Notes under the pieces: generated by a model
The model's database searches: none
What the model saw: only the letters and a program-made list of their open reading frames with translations
What the model was told of the DNA's origin: nothing
Assembly (NCBI GenBank): GCA_977020255.1
Contig: CDROCS010006906.1
Coordinates: 1-64,000 of the forward strand
Length of the DNA: 64,000 nt
Source: Obrimoposthia wandeli
Taxonomy: Eukaryota
Direction: 5' to 3'
Position numbers and translations under genes: made by a program
In this document: positions 12,290 through 26,400 of the stretch, one piece after another
Position numbering within the stretch: the first letter of the stretch is position 1
Layout of the letters: the number at the start of each line of letters is the position of its first letter

Positions 12290-12572
12290 ACCTACTCATG
12301 CAGTTCAATAAGTTCCATTTGGTAATCATCAGAACAGTCTTCCACTGCCAAATCAAAAGGGTGAGCAAATAATTTGAGTTGCATTTTATTTTGTCTAAAA
12401 TCAGGAAATCTATTTGTAAACTCGGCACACAGCTTTTGTACACCTGGGAAAAAAGTTGGGCTTAAATTAAAGCGATGAAAAGTATATGGCCAAATTTAAA
12501 ACTGTAAAATTAACCTTACTGTGGAGAAACAAATTCAAATCCTGCGGAAGGTAAAAAATAAATTTTGTTAGT

Positions 12573-12637
12573 GAGGGCCGCACTAACTTGCATAGAGGGC
12601 CGCATGTGGCCCGCGGGCCGCTTGTTGCGCACCCCTG
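12573..12637 (+). mobile_element. hAT/Charlie-type MITE right end (fragment)
   Basis: gggccgcatgtggcccgcgggccgc...gttgcgcacccctg is followed by atctagag, matching the Charlie subterminal palindrome, the CCCCTG terminus and the NTCTAGAN target preference. No left end was found. Confidence 0.7.
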
Positions 12638-12689
12638 ATCTAGAGCGTTATAAAAGGTTCTAGCCAAACTTCACAACAGCACCCATCGC

Positions 12690-13493
12690 TTATTATCCTT
12701 TCTTTTGTCAATTTTTCTGTGAATCCTAGCTTCACCTTTCATAATCAAGGTATCATATTTGGTAAAAACAACTTTTTGGAATTTTCCTAAATATTGAAGC
12801 TCAACACTTTCCAACTTGAAAATTCCAATTTCATCACCAAAAGCCATGCAACCAGTAGCAATTGTCACATCTCATACTTTATTTGAGTATTGTAGCCATA
12901 TCCTGATGCTTTTACTGTACAAATATAAAGATGTAACTTCAGCTGATTCAAAAAAGCTGTTAATGCTCACCTTCTGCATCTTCAGAAATAATTAGAAAAG
13001 GAAGTTTATGTTGGTGGATAAACTCTAAAACTTGAATAAAGTTTGAATATTAGATTTTTCTTTCCTGATAACAAAATGTTCGAGTATTGAAATCCACAAT
13101 TGGCATCTTTGTTTATTGATAATGTATGATGAGATACAGTAGCAATTAAACTTCAACCCCTCAATAACTTCTAGTTTTTCCATTCTCAACAGTAATTGTG
13201 CCATATTTACCCGCTTCCTTCATTCCGTCCTGAATAATATCACCAATGTTATTATTCCTATTAGCAGATATCGTGACAACTTGTGAAATCTCTTCCGGGT
13301 TTGTAGTTCGTCTTGGCAGAAATTTTAGACTTTTATCAACATTGTCCAACATATCCATCATAGTAACATCTTGGACTAAGTTTGCACTCATATTCTGAAA
13401 TGTCTTTCAATTTATTATCTTCGACCACTGTCACATCTGCTAATACATCTACTCTAACATAGTTGAACAAGCTTCAACATTAAATTTTACATA
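12690..13493 (-). pseudogene. HSPD1: Decayed, intron-less, 3'-truncated HSP60 (chaperonin Cpn60/GroEL family) pseudogene
   Basis: Collinear minus-strand fragments read VKFNVEACSTML, VDVLADVTV, QNMSANLVQDV, TTNPEEISQVVTISAN..IGDIIQDGMKEAGKYGTITVENGKT, KLPFLIISEDAEGE, TVKASGYG, and IATGCMAFGDE...LGKFQKVVFTKYDTLIMKGE. These match HSP60 motifs, with frameshifts, stops and deletions. Confidence 0.9.
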
Positions 13494-14272
13494 ATTATCA
13501 TAACATAAGCTTCCAACGACAGATATCGGTACTCGTGGAAGCACCACTCTGCTGCTACCATTGGCATTAATTTTATTTATAAACAACAATCCTTACTCAC
13601 AATCATACCTAATTTCACGTACATAAAAACATTAATTACTGGCTAATTATACCATTACAGATTACACAAAATATTGTGTAGACAATCACATGAAACAAAG
13701 TACTGTAATGTGCAAAAAAAGAAATGGTCTCTGATTAACCCATTTAAATGAATTCATGGTTAAACAAAATTTGATTATACCAATTAAATACCAACATTAA
13801 TACAAGTGTTAAAATTTTAACATCGTAAATCATCAAAAATAATTTTCTTTAATTTATATAATTTCATTGATTCATACTTTCATCTTTTCTCAAAAATATG
13901 ACGACTAAAGATACAATTTTCACCTTAAGACGATTAAAAAGCAACATAATATGAGCAGCAAAGTCATTTTGGAAAATCTGTTAAATTATGCAACTACTGA
14001 CAGTTGAAAGTAGATAATGAAATGAAAACAAAATTCCACCGATCCTAATTAGTAATAATTGATCAGAATTGAACAGTAGCAGTAATGGTAAGGTTAAGAA
14101 TGTCGTATTAACAATCTGCAAATCAAGTGAATCATTATTATCATTAGAAGACCAAGAAGGATCATAAGTAAAAGTAGCACAGGAAGCACGCCAGGAAGCT
14201 AACTTAGCAGTCCTTATGTACATGTACACAGCAGCGCACACAAAATGACATCCAGGAGGGGATGGTGATCGG

Positions 14273-14476
14273 TCAGCTGGTCTTGTTGCTCTTGCTGGAG
14301 TTAGAGCGTAGCAGCGAATTACTGGAGCTGCCGGCCGGGGAGTTGCCACCGACAGGGGTCTTGGGAGTAGCAGAGTCAGACTTCTTGACGGCACTGTTTG
14401 AGACTGCGACTCCTCCGTTGCCCTTGGACACAGTAACCGGGGTCTCAGGTGGCTGTGTGAATGGTGGGTGGGGACG
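14273..14476 (-). CDS. PPP2R5: Probable terminal B56 exon, Ser/Pro/Gly-rich tail ([10 protein letters not shown]...[13 protein letters not shown])
   Basis: Acceptor gtgtctcag in phase 0. GC content and C/G-ending codon use resemble the other exons. There is no family homology to confirm it, so this is the least certain exon. Confidence 0.65.
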   Translation of the reverse strand, partial: RPHPPFTQPPETPVTVSKGNGGVAVSNSAVKKSDSATPKTPVGGNSPAGSSSNSLLRSNSSKSNKTS

Positions 14477-17400
14477 CTGAGACACTCCATAACCACTCAA
14501 TAGACAGCATCAGAATACTTAAAGGTCTTCTAAAAATCGAGTCACAAATTCAAATAACAAATCGAAAGCAGCTGCCAATTTATTTGGTTAATGACGAATT
14601 TTATTACATTTGTATTACAATTTTCAACACAAAACAGCTTCTCAGCCAGTAAAAATATATTTCTGTACTCAATTTCAGACTCTTCGAGTAGTGTAATAAA
14701 TTCGCTATGATTATTTAATTTTTCTTTTACATGAACTATCTAAAAACATTGGTAAAGAGTTAGATCTTGTCAAAATGTACATTTCATTGACATTATCAAA
14801 TCTTCTAGTCGCTATGTTATAACAGGCCTCGGCATATTCAATTTTCTTCAGTTTATTGTCGGTCGTCACGGACAGGTCTTCCGTTCTTGGCTAATCACAT
14901 GGATTTGAAATACATTATAATATAATTAATAAATATTAGTTTATGTGTACGGGATATATAAATACAAAGGAGTTTCCAACAATTAATGATTTGTGTGTCT
15001 GCGTGCTACACACACATGGAGACTATACCCAGAAATTTAGGGCAATGAGATGTGAATGTCTATCATATTCTAGGGGAGTAGCAAATCATTGAATTCCTAT
15101 ACTTTATAAATAAAATTATTGACCATTGTAAGATAAACGATTTCTACTTGTAGTACTACATAAGCAAATTGTGTTAATTCCTAAAAATTGAAGTTATTGT
15201 AACAATAAAACTTTCGAATTAAACAATTATGGGTATAACTTTCAATTATCTTTCCCACTGAAATCTCTTATATCTTTATTTAAGTTTTAAAATCATGGTA
15301 GACAAATCGTCAAGTGCAAAGCATGGTCAAGTAAGAAGCGTAGTGAATTTTTATAGACAAGAAGCTCCTGGTGTAGCAAAAATGATCAATTTTAAAGAAG
15401 AAATCAAAGGAGGTTAAACGTTTACCTGCTAAATAGGATAACTACATGTTTTATTGATTCTTTTGTTGACTTCAAGCTTTCAAATTACTTTTTGCGTACC
15501 AAATAGATGTGTTTTTGAAGAACACATTATACGACTTATGTAATCAGAAGCCGGAAATATCCTACCGACAATATTTGCTTACAAAATCTCCTGTATACAG
15601 GTGTAAATATAAATTGGTTTGTAGAATCTAACTCTTTTGAATTATGTCTACAGTAGAAAACATAACTAAACGTGTTGTACAGAAAAAGAAAACATAATTA
15701 AAACTTTAAGAAATATTTTAACTTGATTGTATAATCTCACTTATTTATTGGATGTTGCGCAATACAGTCAGCATATTTTCAGATATTTTCATTTTACGTC
15801 AGAACTGGTGATGGGTTTTCATTTTTAAATGGGATATTTTTAATTTTAAATATAGATTTATTAAATATTATTGTTACACTTAAAATAAACGATGTTTTCA
15901 TCGTAAAACTGTAAAATTTTCGAATGTTAGTAAGAACAAAAGTTAAATTTCACTTTTTATAACACCGAAAAGATGTATTATTTTTTGTGTAAAAATAGAA
16001 TAGCAGAAAATATTTTAGAATAAAGCAAATCTGAGTATTTGTAGCATTATTCAATATGAATATTATTATTTTCATTTATTATCAAAAAAAATCGGTTTAT
16101 GAAAAAGATTAATTTAACTTTCGATAAATAAACCTCAAACTCAACAAAATAATCTACCGTGCTTTTCCAGAATTTAGATGAAATTTTATAAAAAAATATA
16201 TGCGTATTATATATTTAAAAAGATTATTTATTTGTAAATTTTAAAACATTTAGCTAAAAAGTAGTAATTTAAAATATTATATGGTTAATAACCATTGGTT
16301 ATACAACTAGAAAATGCGAGTAACTTTAATAATTAAAAAACTATACATTAAAAAACTTTTTTAAAATAATTAATTGAATGCTTGTCAGGCGACTATTGAT
16401 TTGTTATTATATGAATTTTTAATACAAATAATAAGGTCCTAAAGAAGTTACAGATCATTCTTTACGACGAAACATTTATCATTGTTGGATCGAGACAGCA
16501 TAACATTTGATTTTTTTTAAGAAACATCAAGAACAAGGCAAGTTTTTCACTGTTAATTGCTTTGCTTCGATGGATTTAGAAATGAGTCTGATATATAGAG
16601 TGCTAAAGAAGATAAAAGAAGAAAAGCCCCTTTCACAAAAAAATAGAACAGAACTAAGAAAGTCAAATTACTGGTTAAAAACACAAGAGAACGTATTGGT
16701 GCATCACAGACAAAGATGGCGAGTAAGTTTGGAATCAGCCAACAATACGTTCAAAAGATTCTCAATAAGTCAACTTGTAATACTACAAAAGAATGTCTGT
16801 TCCCAAGAGGAATAAAATAAAAAACAGCGAATCAAAAATTAATGTAGCATACTGAAAAAGATGGATGACGAGTCATATTTCAGCTTAAATGGTGGCGGAT
16901 GAAGTGCTAATAGAGGATTTTAAAAACAAAAAATTATGCTCTCATAATATTCGTTTCAAGGAAAGAGGGAAGTTTCCTCCTCGTGTTTTAGTGTGGTTAG
17001 CAATTGCAGAATATGGTTTGGTAAGTCGACTCTTCATGGATAATGGATAAATGACAGATGACATCAGCATCTGTTCTAACTTTAATTTTAACATTTGACA
17101 TGATCGAGCAACAGCTCATTACATGAAGTGTACCACTGATTTTTCTGAAAGAGATAAAATTAGTTTTGTGACACATAAAGACAATCCCCAAAAGGTTCCT
17201 GAACTTCGACCAATAGAGCACTTATAGTCGATTCTTAAGGCAAAAGCGTATGAAAATAGTTGGATAGCCAAAGACAAGAAGCAGCTAATTAGAAGAATAA
17301 GAAGGGAACTTAAAGATGCAGATAAAGCTGTTGTCCAACAAAGGATGTCAAATGTTAAAATTAAAGTTAGAACCGATGCTGATCAAGGAATTGTTAGTAT

Positions 17401-20400
17401 TTTAAATAAGCATACAAAATTTTATCATAGTTTTGTTTACTTTCTTAAAAATGTTTTTCAAAATATATGTTTTGATGGTTTTTTTCAATGTTCGAAGTTT
17501 GTCGCATTTTCTAGTTAAAAAAAAGTTTCAGTCCAACATAGATAAATGCTTCATCGTAAAAATGTAATGTAACTTCTTAAAAACTTAATGAATTATATTA
17601 AAAATGTATATGATACCAAATCAATAGTCACCTGATAAGCATACAAATAGTTATTTTAAAAAAATTTGTATGCATAGTTTTTTAATTTATTAAAGTTTGT
17701 CACATTTTCTAGTTGTAAGACCATTAAATCCTAGGAATAAAATAAGGTTCCCACCAAAGTAAATCAGTCATTATTTGCTGGCGAACTTATAGATGACCAC
17801 TGCATCAACATGAACTCAGCTACTCCCAAAATATCCATGTATACTTTAAACATAAATTAAGTAAAATGATCAATTAAAACGAAATGACTAAAACTACATG
17901 AAATTAAATATATTAAAAAATGTAATCACGTGCTTTTAAGCTTTTATTATCAACGAGATTTTGCGGTTAGTTTACTTTTTATGGTACAAATCTGGAAAAG
18001 TTCCTATTTTGCTTTGACTATTGCCACAACCGTTTAAAAATAAACATATGTGTAATACTTTACCAGACTTAGTGACCCTAAAATGACACAAACAAATTTA
18101 TGAGATTATTTCTCTACTGTTTATCTTTACCGCCGGTATAGGCGGGAAAATATTCACCTGTGGAGAAGACCATTTGCCGGAGTTAGCAATGGTGGGGTTA
18201 ATGATGGCACCGATGTTGCCTATGTCACCGGACTCTACAACCAGCTTCTGGTAGAGCGGATGTCTCCTAGCAACCGAATCGACGTGCTGCCACCACTCCT
18301 GGTGTCGCTGGATAGAGTCTAACTCTCTGTCGACAAGAAGGAACATTACAGAGCGTTATCTCATTCACAGTTATGTCGCATTCTTTCTGTCAAAATAGCG
18401 TATGTCCCCAATTGTGATTGTTGACGAACTTAAATTAGATTCAAAGTTTGTCAATGTCACTTGTGAAATATAGCTATTTTCGGGAATAATAGACAATGCA
18501 TAGACATATTCAAATAATCAATATTTCGACTATTATATGTTAAAGATTTTTAACATGAATAAATTATTTTTTAATAATCCGGTTATCTGTCAATTTTTTG
18601 CCAATTACTCAAATAATAGCTAGGCACTAAAAACCATACGAGAAGTTCGATACATTACACGTGATTATTATTATTTTTCTATAGGAGTGAATTAAAAATA
18701 AAAAACGAACGATACTAACTTATTCAAAATTCTCTATTGTGCGTAAAAAGCTCAATACGAATCAACGTTTATTTTTAAAGTGCGTGCTCGTAAGTTTTTT
18801 GATTTTGACATTACAATTGGACTTTTAGGTATTTTAAAATAAATATTAATTGATTTATAAATTAGTATAAAATAACAATTTCTTGAAATGTAGAATTCAC
18901 TAGTATATGTTATGAAAAATTGGCTAATTTACAGGTATGTTCTACTAAAAATATTTATTTTAAAAATTAGCGTAAATTGACGACTTGTTTTTGATATTTT
19001 GGGTTTATTTATATTTTAAGTTTTTGAAGGTATCGGAATTGGATTTTAATAATGAAAATATATTAACTAACTGTAGTCATATAGAAGATCAATTACAGGG
19101 AATATTTTTATCGGAAGATTACAGAATTGGCAGGAACTGGAAAGTGTAGGATGTTGTTTACCGGAGATGCATAAGCTAATCTTAAGCAAATCAAAGAAAT
19201 CACCGCCAAAGCAAAGTAAAGTTCGCAGGAATATGATTTGATAAAGAGGTACGTTGTGAGAGGGACCGACCAATCCCAAAGCCTCTATGTTCACAATGGA
19301 GCTCATCAGGCTTGTGAACATGGTGGGTAGGGGAGAACACTAACGGGAGATAAAGTTAGTTTGTTCATAGAGTATTGTAGAAATTGTTGGCTGAAACGAA
19401 CACGAACGAAAAAGGCATTGTTGAGAATCCTATCTGGTCAGACTTTAAGGAGCCGTTTTCAAGTTGATTTTATCGACATACATTGAAAAGGAAATATATA
19501 CAATTTAGTATATATATTTACTACATTTGGAGCACCTTATGTTTTAGAAAGTGAAAATGGACGGGAGTCTGCAGCAAGTGTAATTACAGAGTTGAAGTTG
19601 ATGTGGCCTAATCTGAATATTGTACTCGGGAAACCACAGCCCCACAAAGTCAGGGCAGTCTTGATAGAGCAAAACAGAGACGTAGAAGAGATGTTTCAGT
19701 GCTGGTTAAATAAAAATGGCTCCACCAGTGGTCTGTTGGTATTAAACTTGTTCTGTTGCAAAAGAACTCTTCTATGTTTCAGCTGTTTTGTCATCACATG
19801 ATCAAGATAAAGAATGCTAGAGAAACTGTGTTAACTGGATAGAAAAGAGCTGCAGAACAAATGAAGAGGGCTTCAGAAAAATTGTTCTTATTAGCTGATA
19901 TCAATAACACAGTTTTAGTTTTCATCTCTCACTACGATCGTACCAAACAGATCATAGTAATTCACTTCTCTTTGTGGCAAATTTGATATCAAACTCAGCA
20001 GAAACCAATTTCCCATTTCAAATTGCCCAATTCCGTGCATTATGTCCTCAAAATCATTGCGAGAGGTCGCAAAGGCAGCTAACAACGGCCACGGTCAAGG
20101 ATTCTTCCGTTGCAACTGTACTGGCAGTTGTATGTCCCACAGGTGAACTTGTAAAATAACAACCTAATGTGCAATATCCACTGTCATGTAAAGGGTAAAA
20201 GTGTAAAAAAAAAAATTTTTTTTCAAGGTGTTGATTTTAGAAATATTGATATCTATTCCCTACGTTGATTTTTCCCAATTCCAAGAAACAATGTGTCCTT
20301 TTAAAAAATTTACAATAAAATATTATAAAACTCTCCAAAGTATAAGTTTTAAATTACACAAAGGTAATGTTCAAGTCTTGAACTTCAAGAACATACATGA

Positions 20401-23400
20401 AAAACTCAAATTTCCAATAAACACAAATATCAAAACTAAATTTACGTCAATTTACACTTATTTATAACAACAACGAAATATTTTTAATAGAGTATATCTT
20501 TAAATTAGTCAATTTTTCAAAACCCATACAGGTGAATTTAAAATTGAAAGAAAAAGTTATTTTATACGAATTTATAAATAAATTATTATCTTTTAAAAAA
20601 TACCTAAAAGTTCAATTGTAATGTAAAAATGAAAAAGTACGCACTTTAAAAACGAACGCCAATATATCTGTTTCGTATTTCACTCAAATGCAATTATCCG
20701 TATTGCACACGACATACATAAAATAGCTTAAAATCCTACAATATCCAGGATTTTTTCGACACAAATTCCATGAGAAATTGATCCGACCTTTTCAATAAAA
20801 CGTAACAATAAAAAGTTTAAATATTGATACATTGTAATCAATTGTCAGTAAATCGAGTTAACATAGGGACAGGCATTATCATTATTGTAAATTAATCACA
20901 CTGGCTCAGCTACTAATAAGGTCTGGTTGGCCGATTCGAAATTTGAAGCTGTCAGTCGTATGCGTATGTGCGTTTGTGCAGTTGTTTAGACAAGTGGTCA
21001 TTGAGAATTGTGACTGCAGACGTATGGGGTGCCTGTTTGGGATATATAATAGCCAGAAGATTGTTTCAGTTGATATTGGATATGTGGAGAAATGAAGTGG
21101 ATGTTAAGTTGCATAGATTTTGACGAACAATGTAATATTTCCTTTGAATAGTGAATGAGATGATGTTGAGTTCGAGGCTTTTGGTGTATCGAGAGAATAA
21201 TGCAAAGTTGTGTTATTTGAAATCATGTTCAAATAATCTCGAATTTGAAAACCTTTGCTTGGTAGAATGACGGATTAGCGTTGTCTAGAGAACATTTACT
21301 TTATGTCGTTTTCCTTTTTGCTGGGGCCACTTACAGTCAAAATAGTAAAGTTGTATCATTGTGTTTTACAAATTCATTTAGTTTGGTATGTTTTCTTGCT
21401 TTTTTTCAAGAATTACCTAAAGAAAGCGTTCAGAAGTGTTTAGAATACTGTATAGAATAGTATACGGCATACAAAAGTATTTCATATTAAAATTATTTTG
21501 TTTTAATTGTTAGCATGTAAAGTTTAATTTTATTTCAATTGACCAAATTAGATGGCACACTCGAAATCCAAGCCAAAGATCGACCTGATGGACGTGTCTG
21601 TCAAAATCCAATAAGAGTCTCTTCTTGACACGTTACAAAACATACGTGCTGGAGAAACGTAATTGGACTAGTTTAAGCCGTTGCGGGCTACAGTAATTAT
21701 GTTGGTCAATATCAGTATTGTTTGATCTTTCATCTGGCAAAACTATGCTGCCATTTGTATCGACCAGATTTGTGGAGCCTCTCGTATATAAGAGACGGAG
21801 AGAGGCTCGATGTTTTGAAAAGTGTTTATGTGATTTTAGTTCAATACAAAGTTTGAGGATTTTTTGTTTAATATGCCGAAGAAGCCGCTAAAACAAGATC
21901 TGCTACAAAATCTTAACTATTTATAAACCTGTTCTATATTATATTAGCATTATGACACAATGATACAAGACGTCCCAAATGAATAAATAAATTTTGTTTA
22001 ATAATAGTTATTAAAAATAACAGTTACTGAAATGCACCAATAAACGCATTAACTCATAGGAAACAGTTTTGTAGTTTGAGGGAAATTGTTTATCCCAGTA
22101 GCAACTTTTCCCACCGTTTATAAATTTAATGTTTATCAGTTTCAAGAGTAAATCAAGGAACATTTGAAATTTAAGTTTTGCTTATAAATATTCAATGTTA
22201 TCTCCTCTATTCAATCCCAAAACTGTCAAACTGATTCTGTAATTCAATCCTTGTACCATAAAATCCGAGTTTATTCTGTGTTAATTTCAAATCCCTGTCG
22301 GCCTCTGAATGAGTAGTAGGATACGTTTCTCACATAATGGGCTTCACATAATAATCGATCGTACACAGAACACATCACAGAGAGTCACTGTCCCTCTTCT
22401 AATTTGACCAACTTTGACCAACCAGCCACAGGTCAAAATGGTATGAGAGCGAAGAGAAACCGAAGAGCACGAATGTATAATACTGGGTGTATTATCTATG
22501 GAATTAGTCAGGGAAAATGAAACACACATTGAGTATATGAACCATTATTTTCTAGCCATCCTGTGCACTGACATAAGTGGTCTTGTCACCAAACTTATAA
22601 ACATAGGCATTGTCTCGTGTGTAGCTGTTTTCAGAAGAGCTCGGATAACATTGACAGTTCATGAAAATTTTATCTTTAATTTACATTGAACTACTCTGGT
22701 AAAGATTTTTTTAATGCTTCAGTTGGATTACAATGCAGTATCTTTGCCGAGTGATCAATAAGTCACTTGGGGTAACTAAAACCCATTTATGATAAATAAA
22801 TAACCTAACAAGACTTAAATTATGTCCTCTACGAGACTAGACTAATTGCTGTTGATCAAAAATTGGTGTATGGTTAGCTTGTGGCATTGACAAATGTCTA
22901 GTAGTGGTGGGAAGAGTGATGGGGATGGATAAGCAGAGTTAGGAGAGCGGGTTGAAGAGAGAACAAAGCAGGACAGTTGACCGGAAGCTGTAGCAAGAGT
23001 TGTAGACTCGCTGAACTTTCTGACTGACACTGGAAAAATGTGTTTTGGACAGTGACAGACAAGCAATATTCCAGACTCCCTTCCCCCATTATGGAGCCGA
23101 TATAAGGTTGGGTCACAAGACAGAACGGCCAATCGGGAGTCTAGTGAATATGAATTATTCCTCAAGCAGTTCTGTAAACTTCAATAAAGTTGTAGAACAT
23201 AAAATCTATTAAATCGGAACACTCTTTTATATTACGAAAAAATGTGATGTAATAGTAATATAGAACTCACACATACAAAATCAATCACACACCACATCTA
23301 AGATAAATGTACAAGAACTTTGAGGATATTACTTTTGACGCAAATACAATAGTCTAATGAAATCGTTATAACTTTTAGCGTAAAAGTTCAAGATTGGATT

Positions 23401-26400
23401 TAAAAAATTAATTACTCTTTAAATTAGGAATAAAAATTGAGTGGCCTCGAACTTATTCTATATAGAGCGGCCAGATTGGCATTGGAACTGAAGAAAAGAG
23501 ATAGTATAACACACTCACTATTTTTAGTTAAACTGAAGACCTTTAATAAGACCACTTAATATGTGACCCGTTGCTCCCTTCGCTGACATTGATATATTTC
23601 ATGTTACAAAATCTAAATAAGCAAGTTAGATATTTTAAAGAATTCATCATTTATATAAAGAAAATTGACTCTCAACTAGCAGCTCTACTTGATCACTGTT
23701 AATGCTTGTTGTACAAAAATAAAATCTCGTGCAAAAAAAATATTCAAAAAGAGCTTGTAATAAATTGAATTTCATCGACTTGATTTCATTTTGTATTTTT
23801 TTAACTATCTTATTTCAACATTTAAAACAAATTTAATACGATTTTAATAGGAAGGTCTAGTGGACCGTCTTTGGTAAACAGAACCGTGGGATGGACTTTT
23901 TAAAATATTCTAAATTGTGGTATAAAACTAGCTGTTTACGTTTATTGAAAATATTTACGTCACAAAAATTGCAGGTCATCAAGTTCATGTATAAGAGATC
24001 CAGTAAAACAATGTTTGGGTGTACCTTTGAATAATATGTTATCAAACATAAAATTGAAATGAATATTATTTCATAAATCACAGCGAACAAGAATGTCAAA
24101 CAACTTAAAATTATGCTGTAAAAGAATCAAAAACTTTAAAATCAAAAATGCTTTGAATCAATGACAAATTCTACATTTCTCTGTAACTTTTCTATAACAA
24201 AATTTTAAGACAAATAATATCTTACATTTGACAATTTCGTTTAAAAAAGTTTCTTCCTTTTGACAAGGCTCAGTCGTAATTATGTAATTTTTGTATGATT
24301 AGCTCAAAATTGTTTATAAACATGAAATATGTACTAAAAGTACATAACATACAATATAGAACTCCAAAATTCACACGAGAATGCAAAAATCAGATTACAA
24401 TGTGTGGTAAGTTTGGATATAAAATTTTTAATGAAAATACGTTTTTCTAAAAATTAACTATTTAACTAATTTACTCTTCGAGCCGAAACTAAATGGCCAG
24501 ATATCACTGCGATGAGACATTTTTTAACTAGAAAACTATCAGAAAAATTTATATAGAAGAAATATAAATGAACTTCAACTTGAACGTGCTGCAATTATGT
24601 ACTACACGTGATAATTTTCAATGATGTGTGTATGTGTTTCCAGCTGATGACAAATTTGACAGAGTGGCAAAAATATCACACACTATAAAAATACTGAATG
24701 TTGTGTCGACAAAGTCCACACTAGAAAACAAATTGCCTCGCTTTAACCGCATATTTGTTCTGGAAATAGAATATCTTAATAGTCGTCTCGATTCGTGAAG
24801 AGGTGGCTTCAGTTGTTGGCTGAAGTATGATCTTACAATGTACTAAATTATTTTAAAAAAATTAACGCCTGTATGGATAAGTTAAGAGATGCAGGGAAAA
24901 CAAATCGATGGTAAGAGTTAAACAAGCACAATTAAAGCATTATTTACTAGTCTTCGAAATAAGCAGAGACCGAGGAACGATTTTAGAATAGAGGGGAGTA
25001 AAATACAAATGACATCTACATTAATTTTTAAATAGAGGCCTACCTCTCCTGCCCTCCCCTATTCATTGAATCCTGTGAAGTCTCTGATGTAGTTATAATT
25101 GAAAGAGAGCAGCATGATATATGTTAAAATTCACCTTCATTTTCGTAACACAAAAAATGTGACAATTAAAATTGAGCAAAATTATATTTCGAAAAGAAAT
25201 AAAGTAGCATTGAATTTTTAATAAGTATTATTCAAGACGAGAAAGATATATTTTACTACAGGCAAAACAGATATTTGAAGGACCTTTTCAAGGAAAAGTC
25301 AATATGAACTTAAACTACTGAAATTACTGTTGTAACATTAACATTATTTCAAAGAGACTAAGAAGTTGTGTTACAAAGTATTTATCCACTTTATTTAACT
25401 TTATCTCACTATAAATTATACATTTTGCCACTCCATGTCATAATATTTCATTACTCCATCTATTTAGCATTGTAATTAGACCATTAGACCATTAAAACTA
25501 CAATTAATAGTAACATTGCAATTGTCTATTTTCTCCTCCCATTTCTGTTGGAGATTTACATATCCACTAATCATCGTTGCAACTTCTAAGTTCGCAACTC
25601 TGCTGTTATCGCAGATCCGTCCGCGATGGTATTGCTTTTCCATCGTCTAAGTCATTTCAATTGAAAATGATTGACTTCGCCATCCACCACCATCGACGAT
25701 CAGCTCTATGCGATGGGGAATATAAAACTCCGGTCTATTACCATCTTGGCCAGTTTTTGATCGTCGGTTTAAGACTAAGTTATTCCATACTTTACAAATA
25801 TCTTCAAAATTGTTATTTCCGAAACTCTCAGCGCACCATATTTATCTAAAACCACTGCCACTTTTATAACAAGATTTTCCTTAGTTTTTACGGATTCACA
25901 CAAATACTTATTTGTGTTATCTTTGGTTAATGTTTCTAATTTTTCCAAATTCTTCTGAAGCCTTTTCATGTAGGTTTAAAAGATGGGATGGGAGATACGA
26001 TTTACACCTTCTTCACTTTGTAGATATGTTTCATATTGTGAATGATTTTAATGTGTTTGAAAAATCCCAAATATCATTCCATAAACGTGCCTAAACTATT
26101 GTTCGAGAAAGCCTATCATTAAAAATTATTATAGCTTTTATACCTTTGCTCATACAATGGGGTGTTCCACAGCTCGTAATATATGCCTTGAAAGTAGTTG
26201 ATAATTAGTTGAATATTGCTCCATATTGGAGTGTAATGAAGTGGGATAAAGCACATATTCAGACTCGCATGGCTACACTACAGCACACAAACGCAATTTT
26301 GTAAACTCCGGCTGCGCCCTAATTTCAAAACGTCTTCGTGTCAGAAGGTTAACGCCAATTTTGTGAATAACAAACTATTCTTGATGTTTATAAAGTAAAA

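Noticed and set aside
1-12300. Telomere or mitochondrial control-region (NUMT) interpretation of the left block
   Set aside because: No canonical telomeric repeat run and no mitochondrial genes, tRNAs or rRNA were seen. It is not excluded, but nothing in the window supports it.
14262-14480. Plus-strand 72-aa ORF
   Set aside because: Antisense shadow of the Ser/Pro-rich exon.
13981-14496. 171-aa ORF as a standalone gene
   Set aside because: It overlaps the GC-rich probable terminal B56 exon in another frame, then runs into AT-rich UTR-like sequence. No homology was recognised.
25577-26300. ORFs 25577-25849, 25775-25969 and 25912-26094 as the next B56 exon
   Set aside because: No suitable phase-2 acceptor or B56 similarity. 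The exon at 18158-18326 fits instead, and this region looks like decayed retroelement.
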